This document shows, piece by piece, positions 16,109 through 25,698 of a DNA stretch of 32,000 nucleotides. The DNA is from Candidatus Heimdallarchaeota archaeon (GTDB lineage Archaea; Asgardarchaeota; Heimdallarchaeia; Heimdallarchaeales; Heimdallarchaeaceae). The notes beneath the pieces are model-generated. The model made no database searches, was not told the DNA's origin, and saw only the letters and a program-made list of their open reading frames with translations. Location of the stretch: the NCBI GenBank assembly GCA_030668875.1, contig DAOVER010000005.1, forward strand, positions 72,342 to 104,341, given 5' to 3'. The translations under genes were made by a program, and so were the position numbers. Position 1 is the first letter of the stretch. Each line of letters starts with the position of its first letter.

Positions 16109-17605
16109 ATGGACAATGTTACTAACTCTTTGGCTTCATCAGATGCGTCTCTGAAGGTTCCAATTGTTCAACTTGTTAGTTCAATAGGAATAGGCACTTT
16201 CATGGCAACATTAGATGCTTCGATTGTTTTTATTATCACTAATCGGATAAAAGAGTTCTATGTCGTAACTCCAAACATCGTTCAATGGATAGTGTTAGCT
16301 TATCTGTTAGTGATGATGGCCTTTACTGTTATTGCAGGGGACTTAGGAGACAAGTATAGTAATAAATTAGTCTTTCAGATTGGCATGGTAATTTTTGCTT
16401 TGGGGTCGCTGTTCTGTTACCTTGCTTTGAAATTTCTTGTTAATTCTATTCTTTGGTTGATTTTTGCTAGAATCATCCAAGCTTTTGGGGCAACAGGTAT
16501 GGTTAGCAACAGCATGGCTTTAATTACTATGTTCACCACTAAAAAGAATCGAGGAACAGCCGTAGGATTCAATAATCTACTCATATCAATTTCCGTAATA
16601 TTAGGTCCCGTGCTTGGAGCAGTTATTGGTCAATACTGGGAAGTAGGGGGGGTTTTTCTTATCAATGTTCCAATTGGAATTGTGGGTTTCATAATGGTAC
16701 ATAGGAATATACCTAAAACAAAACCTTTAGAGAAAGGCAGAAAAGCAGATTACATAGGATCTATACTGCTCGCAGCAGCTCTATCATCCTTAATATTGAG
16801 CGCCAGTTTATTTGTAGATATGGAATTATCAAGCTCAAATATCTGGGCAGCAGTTTGCCTAGGGATAGGTATTCTGCTTGTTCCTGTATTTCTTGTTTGG
16901 GAGAAAAGAGCTCCAAACCCATTAATTGATTTTAAATTGATTAAGAACAGGAAAATTTCAATCGGATTATTTACAGCTATAACAAATCATCAAGGGTATA
17001 TTGTTATTATATATCAGGTTAATCTTTTTCTATTATCATTAACTATTGTTCAAAATGAAATCCAAGCTGGTTTGATAATTGCAGGATTACCAGTAGGGAT
17101 GGCTATATTTGCAGCAATTTCAGGTAAACTGTCTAACACGATTGATGCTAGATATCTTTGTACTGTAGCCATGTTTTGTGTTGCTGTGTGTTTAGGGATA
17201 TTAGCTATATTCATTTCAGCAAGCGCCCCCACTTGGTTGTATGGGGTGATTTCCACAATAATTGGAGTTTGTATTGGGTTGTTCCAGTCTCCTAATGCTA
17301 ACTCTATTATGTCAGCAACGCCAAAAGAAAAACTAGGGATATCAAGTGGTCTTTTAGGGTTGACAACAAGCATAGCTATAAACTTAGGAATTGCTCTTTC
17401 AACCGCAATTTTAACATTTGTAACAACCTATCTTTCCAATTCAAATGGTTTGGATCCTTTTGCTTCAAGCAATTATGCAATAGGGTTGAAATGGGTTTTT
17501 GCAATATTTGCGGTAGTCACAGCTGCAGGAGCAATCTTATCCTATTTCAGAGGTCCAGAAGACAGAAAAGAAGAAACACTAACTTTGCGGATGGATACAA
17601 TATAG
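16109..17605 (+). CDS. MFS transporter, DHA2 (14-TMS drug:H+ antiporter)-like
   Basis: FMATLDASIV, GDLGDKYSNK (motif A), ARIIQAFGA, GPVLGAVI, FLINVPIGIVG, FQSPNANSIM. Confidence 0.9.
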   Translation: MDNVTNSLASSDASLKVPIVQLVSSIGIGTFMATLDASIVFIITNRIKEFYVVTPNIVQWIVLAYLLVMMAFTVIAGDLGDKYSNKLVFQIGMVIFALGSLFCYLALKFLVNSILWLIFARIIQAFGATGMVSNSMALITMFTTKKNRGTAVGFNNLLISISVILGPVLGAVIGQYWEVGGVFLINVPIGIVGFIMVHRNIPKTKPLEKGRKADYIGSILLAAALSSLILSASLFVDMELSSSNIWAAVCLGIGILLVPVFLVWEKRAPNPLIDFKLIKNRKISIGLFTAITNHQGYIVIIYQVNLFLLSLTIVQNEIQAGLIIAGLPVGMAIFAAISGKLSNTIDARYLCTVAMFCVAVCLGILAIFISASAPTWLYGVISTIIGVCIGLFQSPNANSIMSATPKEKLGISSGLLGLTTSIAINLGIALSTAILTFVTTYLSNSNGLDPFASSNYAIGLKWVFAIFAVVTAAGAILSYFRGPEDRKEETLTLRMDTI

Positions 17606-17757
17606 GCTTTATATTATTGTTCTAACTAAAGAAACTTAGCGAACTTCTTAATATTCGTGTAAATAAACCGTTATAAGAAGACGACAAATAATTTTGAGTT
17701 AGTAACCACTCAATTTTTAAATTAAGAACAATCGTCCATTACGTCAAGGTGACTTAA

Positions 17758-20226
17758 TTGAGTAAACGTGACCCTAAATTACCAGAGCGAACATATGACC
17801 CGCAGAAACAAGATATTAATCTATTTAATTCTTGGCAAAAAGAGAAGTTATTTCATTTCAATAAAGAATCGGGTAAGCCAATTTATAGCATTGATACTCC
17901 ACCCCCTTATGCAAATGCCCCGTGGCATATGGGAGGAGCGATTCATTATAGTGGCATCGATATGATTGCTCGTTATATGAGAATGAAAGGTCATGAAATT
18001 TTGTTTCCCATGTGCTTAGATCGCAATGGTTTGCCTATTGAAGTTCAAGCTGAAAAAGAATTCAGAGTTTCTATGCACGATATTTCACGTGAAGAGTTTC
18101 TAAGTATGTGCAAACAAATTCTAGACAGAGTAGGTGACATGATTTTGAACATCTGTAGGATTCTTGGATTTAGCAATAACTCATTTGAATGGGATGATGT
18201 GTATAAAACTGATCAGGAACAATATAGGGCACTCACACAGTCCACTTTCATTAAACTGTTTGAAGATAATCAAATCTATGAAGATAATAGACCAAATAAT
18301 TACTGTACTAGATGTAAAACTACCATAGCAGATAATGAAATTGATTATAGGTCTGGTTCCCATATTCTGTATGACATAAAGTTCAAAGTAAAAGAAACAG
18401 GAGAGGAATTAATTATCTCAACGTCTCGTCCGGAACTTATTCCAGCTATTGGTGTTGTAATTTATAACCCAAAGGATGATCGCTATAAACACTTAAAAGG
18501 CAAAACAGCTGTTACTCCAATTTTTGAGGATGAAGTACCAATCCTACCACATCATTATGCAAAAATGGAATTTGGAACTGGAATTTTAATGGTTTGCGCA
18601 TATGGTGATTCTGGAGATGTACACATATTCAGAGAACTTAAACTTAATCCAAGACCAATCATAAATACAGACGGGAAAATTACAGATGCTGTTCCTGAAT
18701 TTGAGGGATTAAAGGTTAAAGAGTCTAAAAAAGAGATAGTTAAACAATTGGAGGAACAAGGATTTATCCTTGAAAAAGTAGATACAGCTCATAATTTTCC
18801 AACATGCTCAAGATGTGGGAAGGATGTCGAATTTCTAGCTATGCCTGAATATTACTTGAAACAGGTAGAATATTTACCTAAACTAAAAGAATATGCTGAC
18901 ACAATGAAGTTTTTCCCAGACTTTATGAAGAAAGTATGGATGGATTGGCTAAATACAGTATCAATAGATTGGCCAATAAGTAGAAGAAGATACTATGGAA
19001 CAGAAGTACCAATCTGGTATTGTAAAAAATGTAATCATCCAAACCTTCCTGAACCTGGACCTTATTATCAACCTTGGAAAGACAATCCACCGTTCGATAC
19101 GTGTCAAAAATGTGGTTTTTCAGAGGGATTTGAAGGTGACAAACGAACTTTTGACACGTGGATGGATTCATCAATAAGTGAAATTTACATTAGTCTTCAT
19201 CCTCATAATAGAAGAGATGATGATTTATTTGATCAACTAAATTCCAGGGATTACATCTGTGACATTCGACCACAGGGCAAGGACATTGTAAGAACTTGGC
19301 TTCATTATACAATGTTAAGAGGTCATCAACTTTACGATAAACCCGCCTTTAACCATGCGTGGATTTCTGGACATGTTGTAAATAGAAAAGGAGAAAAAAT
19401 GTCTAAAAGCAAGGGTACTACAATTTATCCCGAAGAAATGATTGAGAAATATGGTGGAGATTCTGTTAGACTGTACGGTGCGATAGAGGCCAGTCATGGA
19501 TCTGACATTAGATTCAACCAACAACGGTTACAAGGTGTTTCTAAATTCATAAACAAGTTATATAATATCTCTAAATTTGTTAGTTCGTTTCCTTCAATCG
19601 ACAATGGTGAAATGGAATTACAACCAGCAGATGAATGGATTCTCTCAGAATTAGCACAAACAATCGCTGAATCTATTCAAGGGTATGATGTTTATGATTT
19701 CAATGTTCCAGCAAAAGTGTTGAGGAAATTTACAATTGACCTTTTTGCTTCTCAATACATTGAGATGGTGAAAGGAAGGGCATATAACAGAAATGAGGCC
19801 TTCAGTGAAGGAGAACAAAATGCAGCTCATTATACCTTGTATAAAATCTTGAATACAGTGATTAAAGCTTTTGCACCTATTGTTCCCTTTGTTACAGATT
19901 TCATTTATAGAGGACTAAATGATAAAACAGTTCATACAGAAGAATTTCCAGATCCTGAGAAAATAATCAAAGAAACAAAATTTACAGAGTTAACAGATAT
20001 ACTACTTGAATCAAATTCTCTGATTTGGAAATTTAAGAAGGATATGAAGTTGCCTCTTAACACACCAATCAAGAAAGCCATGCTACCCAAGAGTCTTGAA
20101 GTGTTTGTTTTAGATTTAAAAACAATGCATACAATTGAACTAATTAGTTCTGAAGAAAGTCAACTAGGTTCAGAGGCTAAAAAGTTCTTTTTAGCAAATG
20201 GAGAAGAGCTGATTATTTCTCTCTAA
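17758..20226 (+). CDS. valS: Valyl-tRNA synthetase (archaeal type)
   Basis: YSIDTPPPY, HIGH-equivalent HMGG, FGTGILMVCAYGD, DWPISRRRYYG, KMSKS; TTG start after SD GGTGA. Confidence 0.95.
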   Translation: MSKRDPKLPERTYDPQKQDINLFNSWQKEKLFHFNKESGKPIYSIDTPPPYANAPWHMGGAIHYSGIDMIARYMRMKGHEILFPMCLDRNGLPIEVQAEKEFRVSMHDISREEFLSMCKQILDRVGDMILNICRILGFSNNSFEWDDVYKTDQEQYRALTQSTFIKLFEDNQIYEDNRPNNYCTRCKTTIADNEIDYRSGSHILYDIKFKVKETGEELIISTSRPELIPAIGVVIYNPKDDRYKHLKGKTAVTPIFEDEVPILPHHYAKMEFGTGILMVCAYGDSGDVHIFRELKLNPRPIINTDGKITDAVPEFEGLKVKESKKEIVKQLEEQGFILEKVDTAHNFPTCSRCGKDVEFLAMPEYYLKQVEYLPKLKEYADTMKFFPDFMKKVWMDWLNTVSIDWPISRRRYYGTEVPIWYCKKCNHPNLPEPGPYYQPWKDNPPFDTCQKCGFSEGFEGDKRTFDTWMDSSISEIYISLHPHNRRDDDLFDQLNSRDYICDIRPQGKDIVRTWLHYTMLRGHQLYDKPAFNHAWISGHVVNRKGEKMSKSKGTTIYPEEMIEKYGGDSVRLYGAIEASHGSDIRFNQQRLQGVSKFINKLYNISKFVSSFPSIDNGEMELQPADEWILSELAQTIAESIQGYDVYDFNVPAKVLRKFTIDLFASQYIEMVKGRAYNRNEAFSEGEQNAAHYTLYKILNTVIKAFAPIVPFVTDFIYRGLNDKTVHTEEFPDPEKIIKETKFTELTDILLESNSLIWKFKKDMKLPLNTPIKKAMLPKSLEVFVLDLKTMHTIELISSEESQLGSEAKKFFLANGEELIISL

Positions 20227-20330
20227 CTCTTTCTTTCTCTGTTTCTCCCCATTTTTTGAAACCCACTCATCAAAGCAAATTGTTTTATACAAAAATATAT
20301 CCGTCGAATTACGGGACCATAAGGGTTTGT

Positions 20331-20340
20331 TAATATAATA
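20331..20340 (+). promoter_or_regulatory. TATA-like promoter of the uL22-rpp29 segment
   Basis: taatatataa lies about 90 nt upstream of uL22 and is followed by a hairpin at 20368-20398. Confidence 0.5.
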
Positions 20341-20427
20341 AGTGTGAAAAAACAAGCCTTAAAAATTATGCTCTTACCCGCTTATTAATCAAGAGCATGT
20401 ACAAGATAGCTGAAAGGAGAATTAAGA

Positions 20428-20892
20428 TTGCCAACTTACAAATATTCCATTCAAACAGATCCTGATAGATCAGCAAAAGCTTCAGCAAGAGATATTGATG
20501 TTAGTCCAAAAGCAACAAGGGAAATCTGCAATACAATTAAAGGTATGACAATTCACAAGACCATTGATTATCTTGAAGCAGTCATCGAGAAGAAATCTTC
20601 AGTTCCATATAGAAGACACAAGAGAAATGTTGGTCACAAAAGTGACTTAGTCGGTTGGGCTGCAGGTAGATACCCCGTTAAAGCTGCCAAAGAGATTTTG
20701 AAAATAGTGAAAAATCTAGAAAATAACGCTGAAAATAATCAACTTCAGTTAGACAAATGTGTAATTGTTCATGCTGTTTCATTACAAGGGTCAAGACAAC
20801 GAGCAATATTCTACCGAGCACACGGGAGATCTTCTCCAAAAACTAGGCAAAATATGCATATTGAATTAGTAGCTGAAGTAGCTGAGGTGTAA
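20428..20892 (+). CDS. rpl22: 50S ribosomal protein uL22
   Basis: VSPKATREICNTIKGM, VPYRRH, GRYPVKAA, RAHGRSSP, HIELV; TTG start after AAGGAG. Confidence 0.96.
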   Translation: MPTYKYSIQTDPDRSAKASARDIDVSPKATREICNTIKGMTIHKTIDYLEAVIEKKSSVPYRRHKRNVGHKSDLVGWAAGRYPVKAAKEILKIVKNLENNAENNQLQLDKCVIVHAVSLQGSRQRAIFYRAHGRSSPKTRQNMHIELVAEVAEV

Positions 20893-20896
20893 AATA

Positions 20897-21799
20897 ATGC
20901 CTACAACAAAAGATTACCTATTAAAAAAATACCAAAAAAACGCAATTGACGAATTTTTAGCATTTGAATTAAAGAATGCAGAATATGGAGGAGTTGAAGT
21001 TCGTAGAACTCCTTTGGGAGATCGCGTAATTTTACGTGTTGGGAGAGTGGGTTTAGCCATTGGTGGTCGTGGAAGGAATATTCATCGTATCACAGATGCA
21101 CTTAGAGAGAAATTTGAACTTGATAATCCTCAGATAGAAGTAACTGAAGTTGATAACCCTGAATTGGATGCAAGAATTATGGCATTCAGACTCGCTTCAT
21201 CTTTAGAAAGAGGAAGACATTTTCGCCGTAGCGCTCATGGTATTATTCGAAGAATTTTGGCTAGTGGAGCAAAAGGTGTTGAAATAAAGATTAGTGGAAA
21301 AGTTACAAGCCAAAGAGCAAGAGTAGAATCATTCAGAGCTGGTTTCGTAGCAAAAGCTGGTGATCCTGCAATGACATTTGTAGATGTAGGAAAAGCCACC
21401 GCCATAATCCGCAGAGGTTTAATTGGTGTTCGAATCAACATAATGAGAGGAGATGCCATCTTACCAGATGATATTGCAATTGTTGCAGAACCAACTTCAA
21501 CCTCAATGATAGTTGACACTGGATCAGAAGTTGAGCCAGATATAATTGAAGAAATCAGCGAAGAGGCAATCGAAGAGCTTGATGAATATCCTGAAATAGA
21601 AGAAAAAATCATAGCTGAAATTAAAAAAGAAGAGAAAATCAAATCTGATGAATTTGGAGAACTTGACGAAGTTGATAAGAAAACAAAACCAAAAGACAAA
21701 ACTAAAACCAAAAACAAGGGCGATAAAAAAGTCAAAACCAAAGACGAAAACGACAAGAAAGCAAAAGACAAAAAAGCTAAAAAGAAGAAAGAGGAGTGA
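20897..21799 (+). CDS. rps3: 30S ribosomal protein uS3 with a long acidic-then-basic C-terminal extension
   Basis: IDEFL, RTPLG, IGGRGRNI (KH domain), GAKGVEIKISGK, LPDDI; about 100-aa tail. Confidence 0.96.
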   Translation: MPTTKDYLLKKYQKNAIDEFLAFELKNAEYGGVEVRRTPLGDRVILRVGRVGLAIGGRGRNIHRITDALREKFELDNPQIEVTEVDNPELDARIMAFRLASSLERGRHFRRSAHGIIRRILASGAKGVEIKISGKVTSQRARVESFRAGFVAKAGDPAMTFVDVGKATAIIRRGLIGVRINIMRGDAILPDDIAIVAEPTSTSMIVDTGSEVEPDIIEEISEEAIEELDEYPEIEEKIIAEIKKEEKIKSDEFGELDEVDKKTKPKDKTKTKNKGDKKVKTKDENDKKAKDKKAKKKKEE

Positions 21800-21804
21800 T
21801 AATT

Positions 21805-22008
21805 ATGGTTCTAATACGTCCTAGTGAAATCAGGAAAATGAATAAAGAACAACGAATACGAAGGTTAGAAGAATTCAAACAAAAACTCTTCAATGTTAAA
21901 TCAGAACTTGCTTCAGGTGGGTCAATACAAAATCCAGGTCAGATTCAAGAGTATAAAAAAGCAATTGCAAGAATTCTCTCTATTATGACTGAATTAGATG
22001 AGATTTAA
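21805..22008 (+). CDS. rpl29: 50S ribosomal protein uL29
   Basis: LIRPSEIRKM, NPGQIQEYKKAIARILS; follows uS3. ATG 21805 (track start is GTG 21796). Confidence 0.93.
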   Translation: MVLIRPSEIRKMNKEQRIRRLEEFKQKLFNVKSELASGGSIQNPGQIQEYKKAIARILSIMTELDEI

Positions 22009-22316
22009 TGAAACCTAATACAGGTAAAACGAGTAAGATTCTCAAAGTTTGGGGAAATCTAGCAACCAGTGTTGAAGGACTCCCTATTGTAATTTTAAAA
22101 AGTTCCTCAAAAGAATTAGAGGGAGTAAAAGGGACAATTATTAATGAAACTACAAATATGATAAAAATTCGAACCTTGAAGAAAGACTTCTCTATCCAAA
22201 AGAAAGGAAGTGTATTCAAAATACAACTTATTGATGGTTCAAATTACATCATAGATGGTAACATTTTGAGCGGATTACCAGATGCGAGAATAAAGAAAAA
22301 AATGCTGTCTTGGTGA
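22008..22316 (+). CDS. rnp1: Ribonuclease P protein subunit Rpp29/Pop4 (Rnp1)
   Basis: GVKGTIINETTNMIKI, KKGSVF, IDGNILSGLPDARIKK; canonical position after uL29; TAATG overlap. Confidence 0.85.
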   Translation: MKPNTGKTSKILKVWGNLATSVEGLPIVILKSSSKELEGVKGTIINETTNMIKIRTLKKDFSIQKKGSVFKIQLIDGSNYIIDGNILSGLPDARIKKKMLSW

Positions 22317-22329
22317 TAAATTTAGTAAT

Positions 22330-23085
22330 TTACAGAACAAATAAGCTTGGATCAGGTTTGATTAGTGATTTAAAATGGTGAGGGTTGTACGTATATGAGT
22401 TGTAGATTGGAATTCCTCTTTTCAGAGATTTCCACTTGTTTTGTGGTTCACCAAGCCTTAGAATTGGAATCTCTTCATAATCAGGATTGTAATCCCATTT
22501 CCCTTCTGCAAGTCTATAATAGCAACCTCCTTTAGTATTGTGAAAAGGTTCTTTAATTTCTTCAGCATCAGAAGCGCGTATTCTAGAAATAATTGCTATC
22601 TTGTCACTTGGATTAATTATTGTTACCCCATAAGAAGGAGGAACCACCAGAATGTCATGCTTCTGCATTCTTATAATAATAGCGTCTTTGACTTGTTCAT
22701 GGTTTTCTCTAGATTGCTGAAGTAAAAACTCAGCATAGCCTTGTGCTAGTTGAAATATTTCAGGATAACAATAGCCATTTTCAGCTAATGATCTGTAGTA
22801 ACCAAGTGTATTGAAATATCTCCCATTTAGTTGACCTGATTGTAGAATAACTATAGAATATGTGATATCGTTCCATAATTCTTTATCTTGAATCTTTCTA
22901 ATTCCCTCATATGTTCGATAGACCTCTAAATCTGTTCCATTTTCATCTTCATTCATTTTTAAAATTCGTTTATGTTCTACTAAATTTTGAATATAGAGTG
23001 AAGTTGAGATTATCTCTGAATCAGTATATGATATAGTTGTCTCATTGCTTTTGATAGATAATCCCAAGACATCCCGCAAGTCCAT
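22330..23085 (-). CDS. Cupin-type glucose-6-phosphate isomerase homologue, probably catalytically degenerate
   Basis: ITYSIVILQSGQLNGRYFNTLGYYR, YPEIFQLAQGYAEFLLQ and DILVVPPSYGVTIINPS align by eye with the cupin PGI family, but the metal-binding His positions are substituted. Confidence 0.75.
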   Translation of the reverse strand: MDLRDVLGLSIKSNETTISYTDSEIISTSLYIQNLVEHKRILKMNEDENGTDLEVYRTYEGIRKIQDKELWNDITYSIVILQSGQLNGRYFNTLGYYRSLAENGYCYPEIFQLAQGYAEFLLQQSRENHEQVKDAIIIRMQKHDILVVPPSYGVTIINPSDKIAIISRIRASDAEEIKEPFHNTKGGCYYRLAEGKWDYNPDYEEIPILRLGEPQNKWKSLKRGIPIYNSYTYNPHHFKSLIKPDPSLFVL

Positions 23086-23110
23086 TATTCTCGTCTCTTC
23101 TAATCAATTA

Positions 23111-23374
23111 TCACAAATCATAGAAGTAATCTTCTCCCTCTTCAGTAATTTTCCAACTGTCAAGGGCTCCTACTTTGAAGGTTTTTAAATAACCATCAGC
23201 TGTAAGTTCATTGATAATTTCAATTAGCATATGTTGATCAACTTTCTTCCCTTGGGTCTCATAGATGTTGTTCAGTTGAAAATTAACATCAGTTAGATGT
23301 AGTCCTCTCTTTAAAGATACAAAAATATCCAAAACGTCAACAATTACTTTAGTTTTCTCTAACATATTCCTCAT
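23111..23374 (-). CDS. Small winged-helix protein (putative DNA-binding)
   Basis: Helix pattern followed by IINELTADGYL and WKITEEGEDY, typical of the wHTH recognition helix and wing. Confidence 0.6.
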   Translation of the reverse strand: MRNMLEKTKVIVDVLDIFVSLKRGLHLTDVNFQLNNIYETQGKKVDQHMLIEIINELTADGYLKTFKVGALDSWKITEEGEDYFYDL

Positions 23375-23535
23375 TTAATGTATTTCTCTATCTTTCTAAA
23401 AATATTTCTGAAAAAAATAGTATTGAACAAAAAACAATAATAATAAACCCTCTTTCTTTATTTTAAGTATTAAATCATGGAACTTATTTAGTCTGTAATA
23501 AGAACTTAACCAAAGCCATTACCGAGGAAAATAAC

Positions 23536-24810
23536 ATGTCACAACAGAACAATCAAGAAGATAAAAGGTCCTCAGTTGAACGTTACATGCTCAAACATGA
23601 AATTGAGAAACTCGAAGCAAAACGTAGTTTTAACATGTCAACAAGCCTTGTTACTATTTATATTCCGCCTGGAGCAAGAATTCCAGACATCACATCACAA
23701 CTCAGAGATGAATATGGGACAGCCACAAACATCAAAGATAAGAGTACAGGAAAAGCCGTACAAGCTGCTCTTTCATCCATTCTATCAAGAATAAAGAATA
23801 TGCAAAAGACTGGGGAAAACGGGTTAGCTATATTTTGTGGAATAACACAAGGCAATAAGGTGGAGTTCTTTATGATTGAGCCGCCAGACCCAGTGTCGAT
23901 AAAATTGTATCTTTGTGACAATGTTTTCCATGTCAAGCATATTAAGGAAATGTTAGAAAGTAAAACAAGATATGGTTTGGCTTTAGTTGCCAGGGGTGGA
24001 GCTACTCTAGCTATAGTGCAAGGTCCTCGACTTGATATCATTAGAGATGAAGATTCATTTGTTCCCGGAAAACACAAGATGGGTGGTCAATCACAGGCAC
24101 GTTTTCAAAGATTAACTGAAGAAGCTGCACAAAGATGGTATGGAAAAGTCTCTGAGATGATGAACAAAATCTATCTAGAAGATTTTCCAGTAGAAGGAAT
24201 TGTTGTTGGTGGACCAGCACTTTCTAAAACAGAATTCTTAGAAAGCAAGGGACTAGATTATCGGTTACAAGAAAAAGTGATAGGTATTTTTGACGTGGGT
24301 TATACAGGGGAGGTAGGTATAAGAGAACTCTTAGAAAGGGCTCAAGACAAATTAGCAGATTTTGAGTTGGTTAAGGAAAGAGTATTGATGCAAAAATTCA
24401 TGGAGCATCTTGGGAAGGATACAGGTTTAGCAACTTATGGTGAGAAACAAGTAAAAGATGCTTTAGGAAAAGCTGCAGTTGAAATTGTTCTCGTAAGTGA
24501 AGATGTTGATCGTGTAAATATGGAAATAAAGTGTGATGGTTGTGATTACTCTACTACGGAATCTGTTAGAACAAAAGATTACAACGAATTCTTCAAAAAA
24601 CTCTCAGATAGGGACTGTTCTCAATGTAATGAATCAAAACTCTTTATCGAAAAGGAAACTGATCTCATTACAGAATTAAATGAATTAGCTGAAAATACAG
24701 GGGCTCGTTTAGAGGTGATTTCGAGCGCTCATGAAGATGGTGCAATGCTGTATGGTGCTTTTGGTGGAATCGCTGCGATACTCAGATACAAATTGTACGA
24801 TGGATATTAA
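23536..24810 (+). CDS. prf1: Peptide chain release factor aRF1
   Basis: IYIPPG, TATNIKD, YLCDNVF (YxCxxxF), PGKHKMGGQSQARF (GGQ), GGPALSK, YGEKQV, FGGIAAILRY; CxxC/CxxC insertion in domain 3. Confidence 0.97.
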   Translation: MSQQNNQEDKRSSVERYMLKHEIEKLEAKRSFNMSTSLVTIYIPPGARIPDITSQLRDEYGTATNIKDKSTGKAVQAALSSILSRIKNMQKTGENGLAIFCGITQGNKVEFFMIEPPDPVSIKLYLCDNVFHVKHIKEMLESKTRYGLALVARGGATLAIVQGPRLDIIRDEDSFVPGKHKMGGQSQARFQRLTEEAAQRWYGKVSEMMNKIYLEDFPVEGIVVGGPALSKTEFLESKGLDYRLQEKVIGIFDVGYTGEVGIRELLERAQDKLADFELVKERVLMQKFMEHLGKDTGLATYGEKQVKDALGKAAVEIVLVSEDVDRVNMEIKCDGCDYSTTESVRTKDYNEFFKKLSDRDCSQCNESKLFIEKETDLITELNELAENTGARLEVISSAHEDGAMLYGAFGGIAAILRYKLYDGY

Positions 24811-24848
24811 ACTAAAAATTTGGAAGAAGATTAAGCTTCCAAACTCTT

Positions 24849-25544
24849 TTAGCCATGAATTATAGTACCTACAGGCTCGCCTTTTACAGCTTTTATGATG
24901 TTTTTTGGATCAGAACCATTTGTAATAATGAGTTTGATATTAGATCGACGAATTATCTCGCAACCAACTCTATCAAAAAGTTTGTATTTTCCTGGTTCTT
25001 CATCTTTTTCAGTAATAACTTTCATGAATTCATCTGTGGTCATTGTATCAAGTGGTTTTGCATCTGGATATATCTTAGGATCTTTATCAAAGACTTTATC
25101 CACATCTGTAAGATTTATTAAAAGATCGGCACCCCAATATTCTGCGATTAGAGCTGAAACTGCATTTGTAGACTGACCAGGCTGGAATCCTCCTGTAACA
25201 ACAATTTTATCTGAAGACAGTGCCTTTCCAACCTCTTCAAATGAGCGAGGAACTAGCATGTATGCTTTGTCTTTCAGCGATGCAATTACTAATAGTGCAT
25301 GAATTCTAGTTGATTCTACAGCTAACATATCCTTGATGGTATTCACATGGCCAAGCTCATCACTTGCACGAATAAGTACTCGGGCCAATACGCCTCCCCC
25401 AACAACGATTGTTATTTCATTACCTTCTTCATGGAGTGTATTGATAATAGAAATAATTTCTTTAATATTATCAACTTCTAAGAGCATATTTTCTTTGTAA
25501 AGAACAGATCCACCAAATTTCAAAACAATTTTCTTTGTAGACAT
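24849..25544 (-). CDS. pyrH: UMP kinase (archaeal PyrH)
   Basis: VLKFGGSVL, VVGGGVLAR, VTGGFQPGQSTNAVSA, TDVDKVFDKDP. Confidence 0.95.
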   Translation of the reverse strand: MSTKKIVLKFGGSVLYKENMLLEVDNIKEIISIINTLHEEGNEITIVVGGGVLARVLIRASDELGHVNTIKDMLAVESTRIHALLVIASLKDKAYMLVPRSFEEVGKALSSDKIVVTGGFQPGQSTNAVSALIAEYWGADLLINLTDVDKVFDKDPKIYPDAKPLDTMTTDEFMKVITEKDEEPGKYKLFDRVGCEIIRRSNIKLIITNGSDPKNIIKAVKGEPVGTIIHG

Positions 25545-25698
25545 CGTTAGAGACTATTATTATTACAAGCTAAATAATGTTTTTTCTCTGAAAGTGATTT
25601 TTTAGTCAATTTATTCTTTTTAAGAGTAAGTTCTACTCAGAACTGAAACTTTTTTAACATAATTGCGGAAAATCAGTCAAAATATTGAGGATTGCAGC

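Noticed and set aside
10040-20395. Shared 9-mer TTAATCAAG in the uS17 and uL22 leaders
   Set aside because: It is in opposite sense relative to the two mRNAs, short and AT-rich; probably chance.
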